64,000 bases of DNA from Saprospiraceae bacterium (GCA_040080915.1 JBEBHD010000001.1:83-64082); one strand, 5' to 3'; shown: positions 9,001 to 17,209, numbered from the stretch's first letter. Notes: a model not told the origin generated them from the letters alone. Made by a program: numbers and translations.

Positions 9001-10350
9001 CTTTCCGATGCCGAAACGCTCGAAATGGGCTTCGACCCCGAACGCCTCCAGCAAGTGGTGGGCAACCTGATCTCCAACGCCGTCAAGTTCACGCCCTCCG
9101 GCGGCCACGTGTACGTGGACTTGCGTTTGACTACCGACCAGCCCACGAAACGCCTCCCGCTCGGCCAGCAGCACCTCGTCGTTCGCGTGCGCGACACCGG
9201 CACCGGCATACCCGAAGAACACCTGCCCTACATTTTCGACCGGTTTTACCAAGCCCCCGCCGTTCATTCCGGCTCGGAAATCGGCAGTGCCGACAGTTCA
9301 TACCGAGCCGAGGGCGGCACCGGCATCGGTCTGGCGCTTACCAGAGAGTTGGTCAAACTGATGGGCGGCGACATAGCGGCCAAAAGCCAGTCCGGCAAGG
9401 GCGCGGAGTTCATCGTCACCCTTCCGATTCCTGTCGCCGAGCCGCAATCCAACAGCCAGCGGTTGGAAAGCGAGCCGGACTACCCGGCGTTTTCGTTTGA
9501 AAACCAAACCGAAACAGCGGCCTCGGCTACCAGCCCGCCGCTGCCTGCCAACCGACCGGCACCAATCCACGCCCCCCTCATCTTGCTGGCCGAGGACAAT
9601 CCCGACGTGGTCACCTATCTGGCTTCCTGCTTAGCGGGCGAATACCGCCTCGCCGTGGCCAAGGACGGTCAGGAAGCCATCGAAATCGCCTCGGAAACCG
9701 TGCCCGACCTGCTCGTGACCGACGTGATGATGCCCCGCAAGGATGGCTTCGAGGTTTGCCGTACCTTGCGCACCGATACCCGGACGAGCCATATCCCCAT
9801 TGTCATGCTCACGGCCAAGGCCGACATGGACAGCAAACTCGAGGGCTTGGAACATGGTGCCGACGTGTACCTCGCCAAGCCGTTCAACAAGGAGGAACTA
9901 CGCCTGCGCATCCGCAAACTGCTCGAAATGCGGAAAAACCTCCAACAACACTACCTCGCCGCCGCAGGGCTGGCCGAGGGCGCGGTGTTGCCCCGCGACC
10001 TGCCCGCCATTCCCGGCGAGGAAGACCGATTCGTACGCAAGGTGCGCGAGATCGTGGACGCGCACCTCGACGACAGCAACTTCGACGTGGAGCAGCTCTG
10101 CCGCGCCATGGCCATGAGCCACTCCCAATTGCACCGCAAACTATCCGCGCTGACAGGACTTTCAGCCACGAAATTCGTCCGCCACATCCGGCTGAGCAAG
10201 GCCAAGGAAATGCTCCGGGACTCGAACCTGACCATCGCCGCCGTCGCGTACGACACCGGATTCACCGACCCCAGTTATTTCGGTCGTGTGTTCCGGCAGG
10301 AGTTAGGCCTGTCGCCGCAGGAATGGCGCGAGCGGGTTTATCAGAACTAA
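6073..10350 (+). CDS. Hybrid two-component system protein (HTCS-1): periplasmic two-component-regulator propeller repeats + Y_Y_Y, TM, HisKA/HATPase, REC, AraC-type HTH
   Basis: Signal/TM N-terminus. Repeated WFATxxGLxRYD-type propeller motifs. YTFRVRGTN (Y_Y_Y). H-box ITHEFRTPLT. GTGIGLALTRELV (G2 box). REC (LLAEDNPD...LVTDVMMPRKDG...LTAK). C-terminal AraC HTH (GFTDPSYFGRVFRQELGLSPQEWR). Confidence 0.9.
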   Translation: MPVRITLLPLLLALVVSGPAQNLRDFHPRFESFSLPGEIMGNYVQCIAQDSLGLLWFATQDGLQRYDGRSLTTVYHDPLQDNSLIGNSVQWICVGNDGMLWLADYGKGLTRYDQSSGLHYRYKHDPNDPNSLSSDTVSMVVQDRAGFVWVGTHRGLNRLDPKTGKVKRFFSDPANPHSLSANLVRALYVDRQGTLWVGCGFPWDETDPTGKTGGLNRYHPDSETFTRYLHDPADPNSLADNRVRALFEDSRGNFWVGTIGSHGLQHLDRKTGRFERLPPAPDKLGTPFLRDKVFAPQTFQQVLSILEDRNGWLWIGSMSGLEIYDPATGIVRHFEMSKQPGSIPINFLWNLCLARDGTVWAGGGITGGMALKISAKTQLFTLHETGNLLAYIRTVHEDAQGNIWLGGDDPTPNRLVRVDRKTGQKTLVVFEKEARTTGGGGNIFTIWPDPDGDLWLCTGNGLYRFNPKTNTTVQRYRHDPNDPNSLATSFVTNILKDRRGYYWVTTWGGGLNCLDPKTGKFKRFLHHPATPRSISGNQTIGLYQDNQGHIWVGGGVQPGDDVALQPMFLDRLDPNTGQFTHFFSKDERGCAGTITGDGEGNIWALTLIQGLIKLNPATGQMKKYTSANSGIPTNYVRSLVRARNGKMWMTTDHKLVEFDPKSEFFYTYDIFRGIKTCELAFLSIHVAQNGEILFGGNGGFITFFPKNTAQAGIGTGPDIQIVGFKLANEPILPAPGSILQQPIWETSEIRLAHDQNVFAFNLACFDYQNPEGNHIEFMLENYDKNWRNDLRDGEIAYFNVPPGEYTFRVRGTNGLGIWNETGTSILVTVSPPWWQTLWAYLVYLALAGGIAYGVYRFLLNRRLARAEAERLLELDTVKTRLYTNITHEFRTPLTVISGMADQIRENPTAWLDEGTKMIQRNSNRLLDLVNQMLDLAKLEGGKMALHIQQGDVVGYLKYLVESFHSFAQSRGVQIHFLSDAETLEMGFDPERLQQVVGNLISNAVKFTPSGGHVYVDLRLTTDQPTKRLPLGQQHLVVRVRDTGTGIPEEHLPYIFDRFYQAPAVHSGSEIGSADSSYRAEGGTGIGLALTRELVKLMGGDIAAKSQSGKGAEFIVTLPIPVAEPQSNSQRLESEPDYPAFSFENQTETAASATSPPLPANRPAPIHAPLILLAEDNPDVVTYLASCLAGEYRLAVAKDGQEAIEIASETVPDLLVTDVMMPRKDGFEVCRTLRTDTRTSHIPIVMLTAKADMDSKLEGLEHGADVYLAKPFNKEELRLRIRKLLEMRKNLQQHYLAAAGLAEGAVLPRDLPAIPGEEDRFVRKVREIVDAHLDDSNFDVEQLCRAMAMSHSQLHRKLSALTGLSATKFVRHIRLSKAKEMLRDSNLTIAAVAYDTGFTDPSYFGRVFRQELGLSPQEWRERVYQN

Positions 10351-10402
10351 AAAATGTGCTGGTATTTTTCATTCTGCCTACATTTGTCAAAAAGAAACAA
10401 GA

Positions 10403-11020
10403 ATGCCTACTGAAGCAATGGTGTCCAATCCTCTGGCGGTACTGAAACCCCAAAAAGCGGTGCGGCTGTACACCCTGGAGGAGTATCTCCAGCGGGAGGC
10501 CCGTTCGGTGGACAAACACGAATATTTCAACGGAAAAATAACCAAAATGCCCTACGCCCGAGGACCGCACAACGAAATCGCCGCCAACATCATCGCCGCC
10601 TTCAAAACGGCGTTCAAGCAATTGGACAAAACCTACCGGATATTCGCTTCCGATCAGAAAATCTATTTCCCGGAACTGAACTACGGCGTGTATGCCGACA
10701 CTCTGGTCGTGTGCGAGGAACCTGCGTACTTCGACAATGGGGAACTCCTGTTGACCAATCCGCTGATTGTGGTGGAAGTGTTGTCAAAAAGCACACAGGT
10801 ATATGACCGGGCTGGCAAATTCGAGGAGTACAAAACCCTGCCTGCTTTCCGGGAATACGTGTTGGTGCGGCAGGACAAATACGAAGTGGAAACCCGTTTC
10901 CGCGAAGCGCCCGATCTGTGGCGCGAAACCCGCACGACCGACCTGAATGCCGCTTTCCCGCTGCGGGCCGTGGGCTGCTCGATTGGGCTGCGGGATGTGT
11001 ACGAGCACATTGCCCTTTGA
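10403..11020 (+). CDS. Uma2-family (DUF820) PD-(D/E)xK endonuclease, intact
   Basis: 205-aa ORF with the Uma2 layout: YTLEEYLQ...HEYFNGKI..MP..RGPHNEIAANI, then DQKIYFPE....YADTLVVCE and LIVVEVLSKST...D...KFEEY. Its stop codon lies 3 nt before the start of the next gene. Confidence 0.8.
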   Translation: MPTEAMVSNPLAVLKPQKAVRLYTLEEYLQREARSVDKHEYFNGKITKMPYARGPHNEIAANIIAAFKTAFKQLDKTYRIFASDQKIYFPELNYGVYADTLVVCEEPAYFDNGELLLTNPLIVVEVLSKSTQVYDRAGKFEEYKTLPAFREYVLVRQDKYEVETRFREAPDLWRETRTTDLNAAFPLRAVGCSIGLRDVYEHIAL

Positions 11021-11023
11021 GAC

Positions 11024-13705
11024 ATGCCCAATCCATCCATTTTCATCAGTTACCGCAATGCCGATGCCTACTCGGAGGCGCGGCAATTGTACACAGACTT
11101 GGCAAACCGCTACGGAGAAGACGCGGTTTTTTGGGACAAAAAACGCCTCGAATCGGGCGACGACTGGCCCGCTGAACTGGAGGCAAACGTCCGATTGGCT
11201 GCAGTACTGCTCGTCCTGCTCAAGGACGAAGCCAAATGGTTGGGTGTCGAACGCCTCGGCGGCAGGCGCCTGGACAACGCCGGCGACTGGGTGCGCCGCG
11301 AAATTGAAACCGCTTTAGCCGACAAAAACAAGCGCATCGTGCCTCTGTTGGTGGACGGCGCCGGGCTGCCCACAGAAGAGCATTTGCCGAAGGAAATACA
11401 TGAACTGCTGGCCAAACAGGGCCGGAAAATCGCCACCGACAAGTGGGACTCCGACCTCGCCGCGCTGTTTGCCGACCTTGAAAAACACGGCTTCCAACCC
11501 CGCCCCGGCACCTCCCTCGACCCGCTTGCCGACTACCCGCTGCCCGACGACGTGCCCGACCCGCGCGACCACCACGCGGCCCCCTTCCTCGGCCTGCGCT
11601 ACTTCGACGAGACGGCGGCAAGGCTGTTTTTCGGGCGCACCCGCGAATTGCTGGAGTTTTTCAGCCTCGTCGAAAATCCCGAGATACGCCTCGTCAGCCT
11701 GTTCGGCCACAGCGGCGTGGGCAAATCGTCCTTCCTCGCAGCCGGCGTGTTGCCGAGGCTCCGCGCCATCGGCACGCCGCACTACACGCGCCGCGACAAA
11801 ACCGCGGCCCGGGGCCTGGCTACCCAACTGGATGCCCAGCGCGAACGGCCCAAGATGCCCGGCCAACCGCCCGTGTACATCCTCGATCAGGTGGAGGAAA
11901 TGTTTGCCGACCCGCTGCCCGGTGAACGAGAGGCGTTCCTGCAGCGCCTGCGCGCCGCCCTACAGGAAGAACCGGAGACTACGCTCGTGCTCGGTTTCCG
12001 CAGCGAGTACCTGCTCGACCTGTCCGATCTGCTCGCCCGGGTGGACTGCCGGCAAGAATCACTTCCGCTGCGCCCGCTCGGGCAGCCGGCCCTCATGGAG
12101 GCCATCGAGGGCGTATGGCGCGACCCCGTCCTGAAAAACCGCTACCATCTCGATCTGGAGAACGGCTTTGCCGCCTTTGTGGCCCGCAACCTCATGCATA
12201 CCGAGAGCGGCGGCGCGGCGGCCATCCTGCAAAACCGCCTGTTGAAACTGTACGAGCAGGCCCGCGCCTCCCGCACGCCCGCCAACCTTCTGGCGCGGCT
12301 CGCCATCGCCGATTACGATGAACTGCTCCGGCACTCCACGGCCGAAAAGGAACTGCTCGACTTTCAGGTACAGCGCCTGCGCACCGAAATGGGCATCGCC
12401 GCCGACGACCGCAGCCTGTACGAGGCCCTCAACCACTTTGTGGTGGACAAGGCCACCGCGGGCACCTTGCCCAAGAGCAAACTGCCCGACGACACGCACA
12501 ACCTGCACGCCGCCCTGCGCCGCGTGAACCTGCTGACCGAACTGCCTGAAAGTGAGGCCCTGCGCCTGTCGCACGACCTGCTGGCGCCCGTGGTGCGCGA
12601 GCGGTACCAGCAGGCACTGCTGAATGAAACCGAGCGACTCGAAATCGAAAACGTACGCTTGCGTTTGCAGGAAATCCGCAAACAACTGGTCAACATTGAG
12701 TTTGAAAATGCGCTGGAAGGTTTAAAGACAGCCGCCTTGCGCAACGTTGTTCCAAATGAAATCTGGCCCGTAGCCTTCGAACTGGCGTTTGTTTTTTTGC
12801 AGGCTGGACGCCGCGATTCTGGTACCTACGCCCTGATCGAATGCGCCAACCATCTGGATTTTGCCGAAAAACTGCGCCCGCCCTTCCCCGACATCACCTT
12901 CCCAGACGGCCGCGACTGCCCCGCACTGCTCGACTTCCTGCGCCGCTGCGAACCGGCCCTGTACATTCAACTGAAGCACCGCTATTTCCCGACCATGATT
13001 CCCATCGAAGGCGGGACCTTCGAGATGGGCAATGTGTTGGCGGACTTGGGGCGCGACAATGAAACCGTGCACGCCGTCACCCTTTCCGGCTATGGTCTGG
13101 CCGAAACGCCGACAACCTGGCAACAGTACGGGCTGTACTGCCTGACCACCGGTACCGAAGTCCCGAATGACTCTGGTTTTGGGCGGGGGGAACGCCCGGT
13201 CATCAATGTCAGTTGGAAAGACGCGGCGGCGTATGCAGCCTGGTTGGCGAAACACAAAGGTGATCGGTACCGCCTGCCCACCGAAGCCGAATGGGAGTAC
13301 GCGGCCCGCGAGTGCGGCAAGCCTGTGCGTTTCGGCAACGGAAAAAATATGGCCGATAGAGGGGAGATGAACTACGGTACATCGGAGTATGATTTAGAGC
13401 CGTATCAAGTCATCGAAGGTGAATACAGGGAAAAAACCACATCGGTACGTTTGTTCGCCCCCAATGCCCTGGGGCTGTACGACATGAGCGGAAACGTGTG
13501 GGAATGGTGTGGCGATTGGTACGGTGAGTACCCCAAAGCGGCGCAAACAAATCCGACTGGGCCGAAGGCAGGCTCGTTCCGCGTGCATCGAGGCGGCTCG
13601 TGGTATCACCCTGCGTTTACCTGCCGCGTGTCGACGCGCAACTACTGGCCGCCGTTTAACTGGGACTTCGCTCACGGCTTCCGCGTGGCTTCTTCCTCGC
13701 TGTGA
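11024..13705 (+). CDS. TIR domain / STAND (nSTAND1-like) P-loop NTPase / helical region / C-terminal FGE-sulfatase (SUMF1)-like domain protein; candidate conflict/defence effector-sensor
   Basis: TIR (aa ~5-155): IFISYRNAD...DWVRREIETAL, with a candidate catalytic Glu at codon 93 (nt 11300-11302). STAND N-terminal signature PFLGLRYFDETAARLFFGRTRE. Walker A GHSGVGKS (nt 11705-11728). Walker B-like VYILDQVEEMF (about nt 11885). FGE-like domain (nt ~12992-13693): IEGGTFEMG, INVSWKDAAAYAAWL, YRLPTEAEWEYAAR, GLYDMSGNVWEWCGDWY, HRGGSW, GFRVA. Confidence 0.85.
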   Translation: MPNPSIFISYRNADAYSEARQLYTDLANRYGEDAVFWDKKRLESGDDWPAELEANVRLAAVLLVLLKDEAKWLGVERLGGRRLDNAGDWVRREIETALADKNKRIVPLLVDGAGLPTEEHLPKEIHELLAKQGRKIATDKWDSDLAALFADLEKHGFQPRPGTSLDPLADYPLPDDVPDPRDHHAAPFLGLRYFDETAARLFFGRTRELLEFFSLVENPEIRLVSLFGHSGVGKSSFLAAGVLPRLRAIGTPHYTRRDKTAARGLATQLDAQRERPKMPGQPPVYILDQVEEMFADPLPGEREAFLQRLRAALQEEPETTLVLGFRSEYLLDLSDLLARVDCRQESLPLRPLGQPALMEAIEGVWRDPVLKNRYHLDLENGFAAFVARNLMHTESGGAAAILQNRLLKLYEQARASRTPANLLARLAIADYDELLRHSTAEKELLDFQVQRLRTEMGIAADDRSLYEALNHFVVDKATAGTLPKSKLPDDTHNLHAALRRVNLLTELPESEALRLSHDLLAPVVRERYQQALLNETERLEIENVRLRLQEIRKQLVNIEFENALEGLKTAALRNVVPNEIWPVAFELAFVFLQAGRRDSGTYALIECANHLDFAEKLRPPFPDITFPDGRDCPALLDFLRRCEPALYIQLKHRYFPTMIPIEGGTFEMGNVLADLGRDNETVHAVTLSGYGLAETPTTWQQYGLYCLTTGTEVPNDSGFGRGERPVINVSWKDAAAYAAWLAKHKGDRYRLPTEAEWEYAARECGKPVRFGNGKNMADRGEMNYGTSEYDLEPYQVIEGEYREKTTSVRLFAPNALGLYDMSGNVWEWCGDWYGEYPKAAQTNPTGPKAGSFRVHRGGSWYHPAFTCRVSTRNYWPPFNWDFAHGFRVASSSL

Positions 13706-13856
13706 GGTGGATGTCGTTCGGCCAATGGTGTGTACTCTACGTTTTGTCACCTCGAAGAGGCCCGTCCGCGCTATGGTGGGTAGCGTACTTGTTAAGCGGA
13801 CGGGTTTCATTCTGTTTTTCAACATCGTACCTTTGCCTCCACAAAATACACGCCGC

Positions 13857-14072
13857 ATGAACACAGTGCCAGTGCATCCACCATTCACCAACCTTCAATT
13901 GGAAATACTCAAGTTATTTGCCCGGCAATTGCCGGACGCGGACTTGTTGGCTATTCGGGACATGATTGCCCGGTATTTGCTGGAAAGAGCACTTTTGGAG
14001 GCCGACAAGGCTTGGAATGAAAAAGGCTATACAGTAGAATCCTTCCAGCAAAACGTGCATGAAAAGTCCTGA
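13857..14072 (+). CDS. Small helical protein, putative antitoxin partner of the downstream PIN toxin
   Basis: 71-aa ORF (MNTVPVHPPFTNLQLEILKLFARQL...). Its 3' end overlaps the PIN gene start by 14 nt. I recognise no family, so the antitoxin call rests on position only. Confidence 0.45.
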   Translation: MNTVPVHPPFTNLQLEILKLFARQLPDADLLAIRDMIARYLLERALLEADKAWNEKGYTVESFQQNVHEKS

Positions 14073-14484
14073 AAAACTGCGCCTCGTATTCGACACGAAT
14101 GTGGTACTGAATGCATTGTCTCCAAAATTACCCTTTCGAAGTGTGTTGCAGGAGGTGATCGCCGGGCGGCATCACTTATGTGTTACCACCGAAATCCTGC
14201 TCGAATACGAGGAAAAAATATCGGAGTTTTATAGCCCGTCAACGGCCACTCTTTTACTTGATGCCTTGGCCGTTTCAAATCATGTCATCCGCTCCGAGGT
14301 TTTCTATCGCTTCAACTTGCTTGAGGATGAGGATGACAACAAATTCATTGACTGTGCATTTGCGGCAAATGCGCACTACTTGATTTCTGACGACAAGGGC
14401 TTCAGGATGCTGGAAACCGTGGGGTTTCCCAGAATTGAATGGCTGACCTTGAAGAGGTGGCATGAGATTTTGCAGGAAACGTAA
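14059..14484 (+). CDS. PIN-domain toxin (putative toxin-antitoxin system toxin, PIN family)
   Basis: 141 aa with the PIN acidic residue pattern: LVFDTNVVLNAL, TTEILLEYEEK, DEDDNKFIDCAFAANAHYLISDDKGF. Confidence 0.8.
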   Translation: MKSPEKLRLVFDTNVVLNALSPKLPFRSVLQEVIAGRHHLCVTTEILLEYEEKISEFYSPSTATLLLDALAVSNHVIRSEVFYRFNLLEDEDDNKFIDCAFAANAHYLISDDKGFRMLETVGFPRIEWLTLKRWHEILQET

Positions 14485-14496
14485 AAAAAACACCCC

Positions 14497-15789
14497 GTGC
14501 TCACCATCACCCGCTCCATGCAACTGTACCAGCTCCTGCGCCTGGGGTCGGTCGTGCTTACCAGCATCCTGCTGGCCAAGAGCGGCTTGAGTCTCGGCGA
14601 GATCGGTGCGTACGAGGCGCTGTTGTACATCGGCAGCGTGGCGGCTTTTTTTTGGGCCAACGGCCTACTACAAGGTATCGCCCCGGTGTACGCCCGGCTG
14701 GACGAGCAAGAGCGGCCTGCGTTTTTGTTTTCCGTTTTTGGCCTTTTTTGCGGCGCGGCGTTGGTTGTTTCGGCGGCTATTTGGTTTAGCCAGCAATGGG
14801 CCGTGCCTGCGCTCACCGGCCTCGGCGGGGTGCCGGACCTCGGCTGGTTTGTGCTGTACCTGTTTTTCAACCTCGCTACTCTGCCCGTAGAGCACCTGTA
14901 CCTGCTGCGCAAAAAGCCGGGGGCACTCGCCGGGTGGGGGTTTGCCTCGTTCGGCCTGTATGTAGTAGCGTTGGCCTGGCCGGTTTTTTGCGGGTGGGGC
15001 TTGCAGGCCGGGCTACAAGCGTTGGCTGTACTGGGTGCCCTTCGGTTTTTGTGGGCTGTTGGCCTGATGGCAAAACAAGGTGCCTGGTATTGGCGGCCCG
15101 ACCTGCTCCGGCAGTATGGTTGGTTTTCTGCCCCCCTGGTCGCCAATTTGTTGGTGGGCAATCTGGTGCTGCTTTTCGACAGCTGGCTGGTTGGCTGGTA
15201 TTTTCAGGATGAATCGGTTTTTGCGCTATTCCGCTACGGGTCGCGAGAGTTCCCACTGGCCACGGCGTTGGCCACGGCGCTTGGCACGGCCATGACGGCT
15301 CACATCGCCGCGAATCCTGCCAGAGCAGGCCTGACCGAACTGAAAAACCAGGGCATACGACTTTTTCACATCGTTTTCCCGTCCACCATTGTGCTGCTTT
15401 TTTTGTCAAAAAAACTGTTCCCGGTCGTGTTCAGCCCGGCTTTTGCCGCTGCTGCCCCCTTGTTCAATATTTACCTCCTGCTTACGGCCAGCCGGGTGTT
15501 GTTGCCCAACGCCATTGTGCTGGCAAAGGGGCAACCCCGGGCCATATTGGCCGTCGGCTTGGCCGAACTGGCGATTAAGATCATCCTCGGTTTATTGTTC
15601 GTGCAGGCGTGGGGCCTGGCCGGGTTGGCGTGGTCAGCAGTCCTGGCCTTTTGGGTGGAAAAAATCGGTCTGATTTGGTATCTGGAAAAACGCATGGGCG
15701 TGCGCACCTCCGATTGGCTGGATCTGCGCTGGTATATGGGTTACGCCATGACTTTGTTACTCGCCTGGCATGTATCCACCCTTTTGTGA
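14497..15789 (+). CDS. Polysaccharide/oligosaccharide flippase-like membrane protein (MOP/Wzx-type superfamily)
   Basis: 430-aa ORF with roughly 12 hydrophobic segments, resembling polysaccharide biosynthesis (flippase) proteins. GTG start at 14497, with an alternative ATG at 14518. Confidence 0.65.
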   Translation: MLTITRSMQLYQLLRLGSVVLTSILLAKSGLSLGEIGAYEALLYIGSVAAFFWANGLLQGIAPVYARLDEQERPAFLFSVFGLFCGAALVVSAAIWFSQQWAVPALTGLGGVPDLGWFVLYLFFNLATLPVEHLYLLRKKPGALAGWGFASFGLYVVALAWPVFCGWGLQAGLQALAVLGALRFLWAVGLMAKQGAWYWRPDLLRQYGWFSAPLVANLLVGNLVLLFDSWLVGWYFQDESVFALFRYGSREFPLATALATALGTAMTAHIAANPARAGLTELKNQGIRLFHIVFPSTIVLLFLSKKLFPVVFSPAFAAAAPLFNIYLLLTASRVLLPNAIVLAKGQPRAILAVGLAELAIKIILGLLFVQAWGLAGLAWSAVLAFWVEKIGLIWYLEKRMGVRTSDWLDLRWYMGYAMTLLLAWHVSTLL

Positions 15790-15829
15790 TGGAAAAATTC
15801 CGAGCGGCAATACCTACTTTTGCGGCCTA

Positions 15830-15990
15830 AGAGCGTGTTTATATTTCAGTCACCGGGCTGCAAGCGGCAAATTTTGCTTCATGCAGCGTTGAAATTTTCG
15901 CCATAGAAAACCACTATGCCTGCAAAATTCGCCTTGCCTGAAACAAAATTCGCTCGCTTTCGCCTCGGCACTGAAATATAAACACGCTCT
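15830..15990. mobile_element. MITE-like non-autonomous element, 161 bp, with perfect 21-bp terminal inverted repeats
   Basis: The left end AGAGCGTGTTTATATTTCAGT (15830-15850) is the exact reverse complement of the right end ACTGAAATATAAACACGCTCT (15970-15990). It has no coding capacity. It fills the gap between the flippase stop (15789) and the next start codon (15992). A solo end is present at 5974-5995. Confidence 0.6.
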
Positions 15991-15991
15991 A

Positions 15992-17203
15992 ATGCTGAAC
16001 CTGATACTTTTCGATTCCGACGACCGAAACCACCTGCTGCCGCTTACGGCCACACGCCCTATGGGCGAACTGCGGGTCGGCATTCTTACGCTGCGCGAAA
16101 AGTGGGAACGCCGACTGAACGCAACGGCATCCTACATCACGCAGGAGCATCTGCATGACAAATACCCTATCCGGGTGGAAAACGAAAACCTCGTCGTCAA
16201 TGCCGGTGTCATACCCACCGAGGCCCTTTGCCAGCGCATTCGGGAGATCGAGCTCAACCAAGCCCTGCTACTGAACGGCGAACTGATCGCCGCCCGCCTT
16301 GACGAGGCGCAGTTCGAAACACTTATCGAAGACGAAGAGGTACACGAACTACAGGGCAGGGAAGCCGACGACAGTCTGGTGATCACCCGCATCCGCCGCC
16401 CATGGGATTTGTTCCTGCTCAACGGCCAGGCAATTCGCGACGATTTCGACCTGCTGACGAAAGACCGGTCATCACAACGCGTATCGCCGTCCAACCGGAT
16501 CATCGGCTCTGCTGCAAACGTATTTTTGGAGAGCGGTGCCAAAATGGAGTGCTGCACCCTGAACACGACCGATGGCCCGATCTACATCGGAAAAAACGCC
16601 GAGGTCATGGAAGGCAGCATCCTGCGCGGCTCGGTAGCCGTGTGTGACGGAGCCACGGTAAAAATGGGTGCCCGCATCTACGGCCCCACCACCATTGGCC
16701 CGGCTTGCAAAGTGGGTGGTGAGGTGGCCCGTTCCGTACTTTTTGCCAACTCCAACAAGGCCCATGACGGGTTCCTCGGCGACGCAGTCGTGGGCGAATG
16801 GTGCAACCTCGGTGCCGATACCAACAATTCCAACCTGAAAAACAACTACAGCGAGGTCAAACTCTGGGATTACGAAGAAGAGCGTTTTGCCAAGACAGGC
16901 CTGCAATTTTGCGGCCTCATCATGGGTGACCACGCCAAATGCGGCATCAACACGATGTTCAACACGGGCACCGTCGTAGGCGTGTTCGCCAACGTGTTCG
17001 GAGCCGGATACCCCCGCAATTTCGTGCCCGACTTCTCCTGGGGAAGCGCCGATGCAGGCTACCGCACGTACCGTTTCGACGAAGCCTGCGAAACCGCCCG
17101 CCTCGTCATGGCCCGCCGAAATCTGCCGTTCACCGATCTCGAAAAATCAATCCTCAACCACGTTTTTGACCAAACTGCCAAGTTCCGCACTTGGGAAAAA
17201 TGA
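15992..17203 (+). CDS. Putative sugar nucleotidyltransferase with left-handed beta-helix (alternative bacterial GlmU-like family)
   Basis: 403 aa. The N-terminus (LILFDSDDRNHLLPLTATRPMGELRVGILTLREKWE) resembles the Bacteroidota GlmU-like family. The C-terminal half has hexapeptide-repeat character (GSILRGSVAVCDGATVKMGARIYGPTTIGPACKVGGEV...). Confidence 0.7.
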   Translation: MLNLILFDSDDRNHLLPLTATRPMGELRVGILTLREKWERRLNATASYITQEHLHDKYPIRVENENLVVNAGVIPTEALCQRIREIELNQALLLNGELIAARLDEAQFETLIEDEEVHELQGREADDSLVITRIRRPWDLFLLNGQAIRDDFDLLTKDRSSQRVSPSNRIIGSAANVFLESGAKMECCTLNTTDGPIYIGKNAEVMEGSILRGSVAVCDGATVKMGARIYGPTTIGPACKVGGEVARSVLFANSNKAHDGFLGDAVVGEWCNLGADTNNSNLKNNYSEVKLWDYEEERFAKTGLQFCGLIMGDHAKCGINTMFNTGTVVGVFANVFGAGYPRNFVPDFSWGSADAGYRTYRFDEACETARLVMARRNLPFTDLEKSILNHVFDQTAKFRTWEK

Positions 17204-17209
17204 AAAAAG

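Noticed and set aside
6073-10350. Polysaccharide utilisation locus, inferred from the HTCS regulators
   Set aside because: No SusC-like TonB-dependent transporter, SusD-like protein or glycoside hydrolase genes are present anywhere in the window.
11400-12134. 244-aa alternative-frame ORF inside the TIR-STAND gene
   Set aside because: The off-frame translation is Pro/Arg/Ser/Thr-rich and low-complexity. The main frame has TIR and P-loop motifs.
13509-13856. Long 187-aa version of the ORF ending at 14072
   Set aside because: The upstream part overlaps the end of the TIR-STAND gene and the intergenic region, and its composition is Arg/Thr-rich and non-protein-like. The conserved-looking helical part starts at ATG 13857.
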